DNA from: a virus
IMG/VR virus record: IMGVR_UViG_3300029611_000007
Reading direction: 5' to 3' (one strand)
DNA: 55,548 nucleotides
The notes under the pieces are model-generated. The model did no database searches. It was not told the DNA's origin and saw only the letters and a program-made list of their open reading frames with translations. Shown here one piece after another: positions 49,648-55,548 of the stretch; position 1 is the first letter of the stretch; each line of letters starts with the position of its first letter. The position numbers were made by a program, and so were the translations under genes.

Positions 49648-50757
49648 ATGGCAACTAACTTTGATGCTACCCGCCTTGCGGTGCAGACTGCATTCCCCAC
49701 CAATGACCTGCTCTTTGACGACAAGGAAATGCCGTCCATCCATGTGTTTATCCCGAAGTTCCGCCTGTGCGATGTGCTGTCCACCCAGAGCACCGAAACC
49801 CACCCGGCGTTCATCGTGAACGGCAAGGAGATTGACGGCTTCTGGTTTGGCAAGTATCAGAGCACCTGCACCGACACTGGCCGCGCATACAGCCTGCCCG
49901 CAGAAGATCCCACCGTGTCCCATCCGCTTGACTGGTTCGTGACCCAGACCAACGCCAAGGGCGCGGGCTGGCACGAGATCAGCAATGCAGAGTGGGCGGC
50001 GGTCGCACTGTGGTGTCACAAGCACGGTTGTGAGCCGAAAGGCAATAACAACTATGGCAAGGACAGCTCCGAAACCTACTACGAAGCAATCCCTGTCCCC
50101 GGTGTGCAGGACAACGGCAAGACTGCCCGTGTCCGCACCGGCACTGGCCCGCTGCCGTGGAGCCACAACGGGCGCATGGACGGCATCTGGGACATGAACG
50201 GTAATATTTGGGAGTGGTGCATCGGTCTGCGTCTGGTCAAGGGCGAGTTGCAGATCATCCCCAACAACAACGCCGCCGACAACAGCGTGAGCAACAGTGC
50301 ATCCAGCAGCGCATGGCGGGCAATCAAGGCCAGTGACGGCTCTCTGGTTGCACCGGACGGCAACGGCACGACTACCGGAACCATCAAGCTGAACCGAGTA
50401 AACAATCACTGGGAGTGGGATACCACAATCAGCGATTCCAAGGACGAGAGCCGCAGCGCAGCGTTCAAGGACACCACGGCTGCGGCCAGTGTTGGCGATG
50501 CTGCAAAGCTGATCCTTATGTCCCTTGCTCTGATGCCGGACACCGCGCCGACCGGTGATGGCATTGATGCAAACTATGGCGGCGATTACTTCTGGGCGAA
50601 CAATGCCGCTGACGAGCGGTGTCCGATCCGCGGCGGCTACTGGGGCGGTGGCGAGGGTGCCGGTGTGTTCTACTTGAGCCTCAACCATCCGCGCTCTGGT
50701 TCGTGGGCGCTCAGCGGGGGCCGTTCCGCTTTTGTAAAGCTGCCCGCTGAAGCCTGA
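49648..50757 (+). CDS. DGR target protein 1 (FGE-sulfatase / C-type-lectin-fold receptor-binding candidate carrying VR1)
   Basis: 'GAGWHEISNAEWAAVALW', 'MNGNIWEWCIG' and C-terminal 'RGGYWGGGEGAGVFYLSLNHPRSGSWALSGGRSAF'. The 3' end matches the TR. Confidence 0.9.
   Translation: MATNFDATRLAVQTAFPTNDLLFDDKEMPSIHVFIPKFRLCDVLSTQSTETHPAFIVNGKEIDGFWFGKYQSTCTDTGRAYSLPAEDPTVSHPLDWFVTQTNAKGAGWHEISNAEWAAVALWCHKHGCEPKGNNNYGKDSSETYYEAIPVPGVQDNGKTARVRTGTGPLPWSHNGRMDGIWDMNGNIWEWCIGLRLVKGELQIIPNNNAADNSVSNSASSSAWRAIKASDGSLVAPDGNGTTTGTIKLNRVNNHWEWDTTISDSKDESRSAAFKDTTAAASVGDAAKLILMSLALMPDTAPTGDGIDANYGGDYFWANNAADERCPIRGGYWGGGEGAGVFYLSLNHPRSGSWALSGGRSAFVKLPAEA
50618..50731 (+). repeat. DGR variable repeat VR1
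   Basis: 114 nt aligned by hand to the TR. 15 differences, all at TR adenines. Confidence 0.9.
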
Positions 50758-50766
50758 TAAGCTGAC

Positions 50767-50786
50767 GGGCTGCGCGGTAGCGCAGA
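50767..50786 (+). promoter_or_regulatory. GC hairpin 3' of VR1 (candidate DGR target-recognition hairpin)
   Basis: ggctgcgc-ggta-gcgcagac, 35 nt after VR1. The partner lies at 1864-1883. Confidence 0.6.
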
Positions 50787-50808
50787 CCAAAGCAAAAATA
50801 GAACATAA

Positions 50809-50843
50809 GGCGCGGTGGGCCAGCGGCCCGCCGCGCTGATTTT
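50809..50843 (+). terminator. Strong rho-independent terminator between target 1 and avd
   Basis: gcgcggtgggcc-agc-ggcccgccgcgc (12-bp stem with one G.U) followed by tgattttt. Confidence 0.7.
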
Positions 50844-50857
50844 TGGAGGTGTTGACT

Positions 50858-51262
50858 GTGCCGAACGCAGAAGCCGAAGTGCCGCCCCAGCAGGGCGACA
50901 AAAAGAAAAAGCCTGAACCGTTCCATTTGGCGGAGAAGATCGGAGAAATGGTTGACTATGGCTACCCGCTCACAATGAGCTTTCCTCGGAAAGACCGTGA
51001 GCTGGCCGATGAACTTCGCAGAAGTATGTTGGCAATTCTCCGGTACAGCGTTGAGATAGACCGGCGATATTTCAAAAAGACCACCACGCAAAATATGGAC
51101 GTGGAGCTGGCCGTATTGAGAAAGTTTGTACGGCTGGCGGCGAGTAAAGATTTACACGGGGGCAAGTACCCGCCGCCCTTGACGATGCACCAGTATGAAA
51201 CGTGGGCGAAATTCAACGATGAAATAGGCAGGCTGTTGGGCGGCTACATTGCTTCGCTCTAA
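50858..51262 (+). CDS. avd: DGR accessory variability determinant (Avd, four-helix-bundle type)
   Basis: GTG at 50858, 8 nt after ggagg. Basic N-terminus; 'ELAVLRKFVRLA' and C-terminal 'FNDEIGRLLGGYI' are typical of Avd. Located between target and TR. Confidence 0.8.
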   Translation: MPNAEAEVPPQQGDKKKKPEPFHLAEKIGEMVDYGYPLTMSFPRKDRELADELRRSMLAILRYSVEIDRRYFKKTTTQNMDVELAVLRKFVRLAASKDLHGGKYPPPLTMHQYETWAKFNDEIGRLLGGYIASL

Positions 51263-51300
51263 AGCCTGCCATTTTCATACGGGAACGGGTTATTTACGGC

Positions 51301-51414
51301 GTGTCCGATCCGCGGCGGCAACTGGAACAATGGCGAGAGTGCCGGTGTGTTCAACTTGAACCTCAACAATCCGCGCTCTAATTCGTGGACGAACAACGGG
51401 GGCCGTTCCGCTTT
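51301..51414 (+). repeat. DGR template repeat (TR)
   Basis: Non-coding copy of VR1/VR2, rich in aac/aat triplets (24 adenines counted). Lies 185 nt upstream of the RT. Confidence 0.9.
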
Positions 51415-51599
51415 ACACCACAAGAACATTTTTGTTCGGCGGGATTCCACGCCGGATATGGGGGCTGTGATCTACGGGTCGCAGTCGGTGTGTGGGTCTA
51501 AAGGAATCCGTTTCCGTTCCGGTCAGCACGACCGGAAAAAATATGTATTGCCGCGAAAACGGAAACGCTACGCGCGGCGCGGTGGAATTGAGGGCGGAA

Positions 51600-52760
51600 A
51601 TGCCAAACGAAATAAACACGATTCAAAATGCGTGGAATGTGATCTGCGAGTTTGAATACCTCGTAGAAGCTGACCACTCAGCCCGCAAGGGCAAACGATA
51701 CCGGGCGGAAGTGCTGGCGTTTACTGCAAATCTGGAACACAATCTGTTTCAGATTCAAGAGCAGATGATCGCCGTGGACTGTCCGCTCGGCCCATACCGG
51801 AAACTGTGGGTGTCCGTGCCGAAGAAGCGGTTAGTGATGGCCTTGCCATACTCTGACCGGATCGTGCAATGGTCACTGTACCAATACCTCAATCCGATTT
51901 ACGACCGGCTATTTATTGAGGACTCCTATGCCTGTCGCAAAGGCAAGGGAAGCCACAAGGCCGCAGCACGGTTACAATACTGGATGCGGCAAGTAGACCG
52001 GAAACCGGGGCCGGGATGGTACTACCTGAAACTGGATATAAGCAAGTTCTTTTACCGGGTGAACCATGCGAAGCTACTGAAAATTTTGGCAAAGCGTATC
52101 AAAGACCCGGAGTTGATGAAGTTCCTCGGAAGCGTGGTAAACAGCAGAGCAGAGCCGTTCGGGTTGCCCCGCGGCAAAGCCCCGCAAGATACTCCGCCGG
52201 AGGAATGGTTGTACGATGTGGGGATGCCGATAGGCAATCTCACTTCTCAACTCTTCGCCAATATTTACATGAACGAACTTGACCAGTATTGCAAGCACGT
52301 TCTGAAAATCCACTACTACATCCGGTACATGGACGACATTGTGATCCTTGGGGAGAACAAGGAAACCTTGCACGAGTGGAAAGCGAAGATCGAAACATTC
52401 CTGCATGAAGAGTTGGAGCTTGACCTGAACAATAAAACCTGCATCCGACCGGTGCGGATGGGCGTGGAGTTTGTTGGTGTGCGCATTTGGCCCGCCTACA
52501 TGAAGCTGCGCAAAAGCACGGTTGGCCGGTTGAAACGGGAGGTCAAGAAAATATCAGAGCTTTACGCTTCCGGGCAGATGGATGAAGAAGCGTTCAAACG
52601 CCGTGTTGCCAGTATTAAGGGGCTGCTGGAACACACGGAGAGTGAGAGTCTACGGTGGCGGCTGAACCAGATTTATCTTAATGCTGTACGGAAGTACGGA
52701 AAGACAGACCCAGAGGAAACGCTCTGGAAGGGAAAGAACGATGGAAAGAAAGTGGCCTGA
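51600..52760 (+). CDS. DGR reverse transcriptase
   Basis: ATG at 51600 after gaggg. 'PIGNLTSQLFANIYMNELD' and 'IRYMDDIVILG' (YMDD). The track ORF start at 51492 would run into the TR-proximal spacer. Confidence 0.9.
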   Translation: MPNEINTIQNAWNVICEFEYLVEADHSARKGKRYRAEVLAFTANLEHNLFQIQEQMIAVDCPLGPYRKLWVSVPKKRLVMALPYSDRIVQWSLYQYLNPIYDRLFIEDSYACRKGKGSHKAAARLQYWMRQVDRKPGPGWYYLKLDISKFFYRVNHAKLLKILAKRIKDPELMKFLGSVVNSRAEPFGLPRGKAPQDTPPEEWLYDVGMPIGNLTSQLFANIYMNELDQYCKHVLKIHYYIRYMDDIVILGENKETLHEWKAKIETFLHEELELDLNNKTCIRPVRMGVEFVGVRIWPAYMKLRKSTVGRLKREVKKISELYASGQMDEEAFKRRVASIKGLLEHTESESLRWRLNQIYLNAVRKYGKTDPEETLWKGKNDGKKVA

Positions 52761-52911
52761 TCTGTGCGAAACGCTGCTCGGTAAGCTGGAAGCGGCGGGA
52801 GTAGACACGACCGCAGAACGCGGAGAGTTTGCCGTGCTGTACGCTGAGTGCTGCGCGGGCGGCTGTGGTAAGGCATTGAGCCGGAAAGGAAAAAAAGAAA
52901 ATGGCAATTAA
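52741..52911 (+). CDS. Small hypothetical protein (56 aa)
   Basis: ATG at 52741 overlapping the RT 3' end; 'MERKWPDLCETLLGKLEAAG..'. Confidence 0.4.
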   Translation: MERKWPDLCETLLGKLEAAGVDTTAERGEFAVLYAECCAGGCGKALSRKGKKENGN

Positions 52912-53314
52912 CGCATATTCGCTGGCAAAGGATGGGGGCAAGAAACTGTCTGCAAACTTTACCGTGAAAGAGTTCCGTTGTAAGGATGGGACTGATCCCA
53001 TCTTTATTGATGATGCTCTTGTGAAGCTGTTGCAGAATATCCGGGATCACTTCGGAAAGGCCGTGACGATCACAAGCGCATATCGCACTGCCGCCCACAA
53101 CAAGGCGGTCAAGGGCGCAACGTATAGCCAGCATTGCTACGGCATGGCGGCAGATATTCGGGTGCAGGGCGTGGCCGTAGAAACGGTTGCGGCCTACGCC
53201 GAAACTCTGCTGAAAGATACCGGTGGCATTGGACGTTATCCCGTGAAGAACGGTCGCCCTGCTGGTTGGGTACATATCGACACCCGTGCAGTAAAGAGCC
53301 GTTGGGTTGGTTAA
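52901..53314 (+). CDS. Endolysin, peptidase M15A (Zn D-Ala-D-Ala-carboxypeptidase-like)
   Basis: 'ITSAYRTAAHNKAVKGATYSQHCYGMAADI' and 'GWVHIDTR' give the H..D..H metal-site pattern. Confidence 0.75.
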   Translation: MAINAYSLAKDGGKKLSANFTVKEFRCKDGTDPIFIDDALVKLLQNIRDHFGKAVTITSAYRTAAHNKAVKGATYSQHCYGMAADIRVQGVAVETVAAYAETLLKDTGGIGRYPVKNGRPAGWVHIDTRAVKSRWVG

Positions 53315-53332
53315 GAGTAGGAGGAAAACAGT

Positions 53333-53734
53333 ATGGAGAACATTCTGAAAGTTTTTCTGATGGCATTCCCTGAATGGCTGGCTGTCATCTTTATGGTGGT
53401 CGGCCTTGTGGTCACGGCACTGGCGGCGGTACGTCTGGGCTATGGCCTTGTTGTCGCAAAGACCGTGTACAAGTGGATCGTCAATGCAGAAGAAAAGTTC
53501 GGTAGCGGCGCGGGCGCAGAAAAGAAAGCTCACGTCATTGCCGTACTGCGTGGGTATACCCCCGACTGGCTGGACTGGGCGATCAATGAGCGGACGCTGG
53601 ACTGGATCGTGCAGATCGTGTTCAACTTCACCAAGAAGAAGCTCGAAGATTACATGGAAAAGAAATCCGCAGAAACCACTACTGTGGCCCACTTCGGTAA
53701 CGTGGGGGAGGACAACAAGAATCGCAAGGAGTAA
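53333..53734 (+). CDS. Holin-like membrane protein (LL-H-type, tentative)
   Basis: N-terminal TM 'WLAVIFMVVGLVVTALAAV' then 'GSGAGAEKKAHVIAVL'. Adjacent to the endolysin. Confidence 0.55.
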   Translation: MENILKVFLMAFPEWLAVIFMVVGLVVTALAAVRLGYGLVVAKTVYKWIVNAEEKFGSGAGAEKKAHVIAVLRGYTPDWLDWAINERTLDWIVQIVFNFTKKKLEDYMEKKSAETTTVAHFGNVGEDNKNRKE

Positions 53735-53737
53735 ACG

Positions 53738-54058
53738 ATGCTGGAATTTATCGTCAAATACTGGGCGCAATGGCTTTTCGGCATCGTGGCGGCAGGTCTG
53801 ACCGCTGCATACCGTAATCTCTCCAAGAAGATCAAGACACAGAAAGAGGAAAACAAGGCAATCAAAAACGGTCTGCTGGCAATTCTCCACGACCGGCTGT
53901 ATCAGGCGTGTACCCATTACATTGAGAAAGGGTACATCGACCTGCCCGGTTTGAAGAACATTGAATACCTCTATAAGAGTTATCACGCTCTGGGAGGTAA
54001 CGGAACCGGAACTGAATTGTATACGAGAGCAAAGGCACTCCCCATCCGGGACGACTGA
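53738..54058 (+). CDS. Second lysis-cassette membrane protein
   Basis: N-terminal TM 'YWAQWLFGIVAAGLTAAY'. Last gene before the terminator. Confidence 0.55.
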   Translation: MLEFIVKYWAQWLFGIVAAGLTAAYRNLSKKIKTQKEENKAIKNGLLAILHDRLYQACTHYIEKGYIDLPGLKNIEYLYKSYHALGGNGTGTELYTRAKALPIRDD

Positions 54059-54068
54059 GCTAAACTAC

Positions 54069-54113
54069 ATCCCCGCTGGTGATCCTACCCGGATCGCTGG
54101 CGGGGATTTTTTT
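54069..54113 (+). terminator. Rho-independent terminator ending the late/lysis operon
   Basis: atccccgc ... gcggggat followed by ttttttt. Confidence 0.75.
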
Positions 54114-54154
54114 GTTGCCCTGCGGTGGCCCCGTTGACAAAACGCCAAAAGTCG

Positions 54155-55401
54155 GTTACATTTGAAATGCGAAACAAAGCGACAAAGAAAGGAGGAAAAA
54201 TAACGTGCGAAGATTCAAACATCTAACATGGACAGACCGGCTTCGGATCGAGAAGTGGCTGAACGAGGGCATGAAACCCAAGGACATTGCCAGCAAATTG
54301 CGGGTGCATATCTCCACGGTGTACAATGAGCTACACCGCGGGGAGTATCAGCGGCTGGTGGGCGATACATGGGAGCTTGTGAGCGCGTACAGCCCGGACA
54401 TTGCGGAGCAGAAATACCAAGCGCACCTGCGGGACAAAGGCCCAGCCCTGAAAATCGGCAAGGATCACGAGCTTGCAAACTACATCGAAACCACGATCCT
54501 GAATAAAGAGTGCAGCCCGGCGGCGGTGTTCGGATATGCGCAGCAGGAGGGCAAGCAGTTCAAGACGAGCGTTTCTGTGCAGACGGTATACCACTATATA
54601 AAGAAAGGCTTGTTCCTGAATCTCACTCAAGAAGAACTTCCCCGGCACGGGAAACACAAGCAGGCATATAAGAAAGTCTGCAAGAAAGAAGCTGCTCGCG
54701 CCCCGGCGGGGGAGAGTATCGAACAGCGGCCCACGGAAGTGAATGAACGGCAGGAGTTCGGACACTGGGAGGGCGACACGGTGTATAGCGGCAAGGGAAA
54801 AGTAAAGACGACCTGTGCGCTGTTCACCATGACGGAGCGCAAGACGCGCAACGAGATTATAATAGGGGTTCCGAACCGCAAGGCAGAAACCATTGTGAAA
54901 GCGGTTGACGCGCTGGAAAGGAAGCTGGGCGCAAGGAAGTTCCGGCTGATCTTCAAGAGCATCACGTTTGACAATGGCACAGAATTTGCGGCGGCGGATA
55001 TGCTGGAACGGTCGTGCATCAACAAGACGATCCCGCGGACAAAGGTTTACTTCTGCCATCCCTATTCTTCATGGGAGCGCGGCAGCAATGAACACGTCAA
55101 CGGCATGATTCGCAGGAAGCATCCGAAAGGCACGGACTTTTCAAAGGTTTCCAAAGAGCAGTTGGCGGAGACAGAGAAGTGGATCAATGAGTACCCGCGA
55201 AAAATCTTCGGGTACAAGAGCAGTGCGATCATGTTCCAACAGTGTTTGAATGAACTTGGCATAGCCATGTAAGAAAAGTGCAACACCACACCCCAAAAGA
55301 AAGCGTGGTAATAAAGAAAATACGGCGAACAGAATAGATCAAAGGTTGGCTGCAAGAAAAGTGAAACCTTGACGGCCTATTTGTATTGTTTCAAAATGAA
55401 C
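54155..55401 (+). mobile_element. Possible IS30-like element; boundaries uncertain
   Basis: Only weak imperfect inverted repeats were found by eye: gttacatttgaaatgcgaaacaaa (54155-54178) against the reverse complement of 55379-55401 (gttcattttgaaacaatacaaat). Confidence 0.3.
54205..55272 (+). CDS. IS30-family DDE transposase/recombinase
   Basis: GTG after aaaggagg. N-terminal HTH; 'FGHWEGDTV', 'ITFDNGTEFA', 'SWERGSNEHVNGMIRR' form the DDE triad context typical of IS30. Confidence 0.9.
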   Translation: MRRFKHLTWTDRLRIEKWLNEGMKPKDIASKLRVHISTVYNELHRGEYQRLVGDTWELVSAYSPDIAEQKYQAHLRDKGPALKIGKDHELANYIETTILNKECSPAAVFGYAQQEGKQFKTSVSVQTVYHYIKKGLFLNLTQEELPRHGKHKQAYKKVCKKEAARAPAGESIEQRPTEVNERQEFGHWEGDTVYSGKGKVKTTCALFTMTERKTRNEIIIGVPNRKAETIVKAVDALERKLGARKFRLIFKSITFDNGTEFAAADMLERSCINKTIPRTKVYFCHPYSSWERGSNEHVNGMIRRKHPKGTDFSKVSKEQLAETEKWINEYPRKIFGYKSSAIMFQQCLNELGIAM

Positions 55402-55449
55402 AGAAATCTTTCTGAATTTTTGTAGAATTTAATGGTTGACTTCCGAGGA

Positions 55450-55548
55450 GCTGAATAGTTAAAATAAACTCGAAAGAAATCGACACGGTTTCTTCCGGGT
55501 TTATTTTTTTGCGCATTTTTAGGAAACAAGGGGGATGAGAGAGCTTTG
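55450..55548. repeat. Terminal direct repeat, second copy of bases 1-99
   Basis: Identical 99-nt string at the start of the window. Confidence 0.95.

Noticed and set aside
51492-51599. N-terminal extension of the RT ORF given by the six-frame track.
   Set aside because: There is no SD before 51492 and the extension has no RT-like sequence. The ATG at 51600 has a gaggg SD, and the conserved N-terminus begins there.
51347-51655. 102-aa ORF covering the template repeat.
   Set aside because: It is the reading frame inherited from the VR-like sequence ('NLNNPRSNSWTNNGGRSA'). It has no RBS and lies in the TR/spacer that should be non-coding RNA.
54155-55401. A clean IS30 insertion with defined inverted repeats and target duplication.
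   Set aside because: Not rejected as a possibility. Only about 75% matching, gapped inverted repeats could be found by eye and no direct repeats, so the boundaries are reported with low confidence only.

Overview
The window is a complete, circularly closed genome of a contractile-tailed dsDNA phage or prophage-like element. Bases 1-99 equal 55450-55548, so the unique length is about 55,449 bp. It has Firmicutes-style AGGAGG ribosome-binding sites.

Layout:
- 97-17456 (+): early/middle operon. It encodes DNA-modification genes (C5-MTase, PAPS-reductase-like, MT-A70 MTase, radical SAM), an SPFH protein, an HUH rolling-circle Rep and a DUF1064-like nuclease.
- 17710-24945 (-): leftward operon. 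It encodes a SWIM protein, an N6-MTase and an ArdC-N-like protein, and every intergenic gap carries the same structured repeat.
- 24946-25135: divergent promoter/operator region, followed by an RHH regulator.
- 25.44-26.55 kb: non-coding, repeat-rich and intrinsically bent region (candidate cos/ori).
- 26564-50757 (+): late operon. Lambda-like packaging and head genes (two small-terminase-like genes, gpA terminase, gpW, portal, ClpP-like protease, decoration protein, gpE-like capsid), then a P2/PBSX-like contractile tail and baseplate.
- After the late operon: a diversity-generating retroelement (target-avd-TR-RT), a lysis cassette and an IS30-family DDE transposase.

Main findings:
1. A complete DGR in which one template repeat matches two variable repeats in two paralogous lectin-fold targets. 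One target is adjacent. The other lies about 3.3 kb away across the circular junction. Substitutions are almost exclusively at TR adenines, and both targets share a conserved 3' hairpin.
2. Long poly-G tracts, all on the + strand, sit exactly where four genes lose frame (three DNA-modification genes and a SWIM gene).
3. The C5-MTase has a circularly permuted motif order.
4. A covarying stem-loop element is repeated 7 times in the leftward operon.
5. An 18-bp palindrome is repeated 4 times in the 25.6-26.0 kb repeat region, and a related palindrome lies upstream of the Rep gene.

Limits: all functional calls rest on motif recognition by eye and on gene order. No database, HMM or folding program was run.
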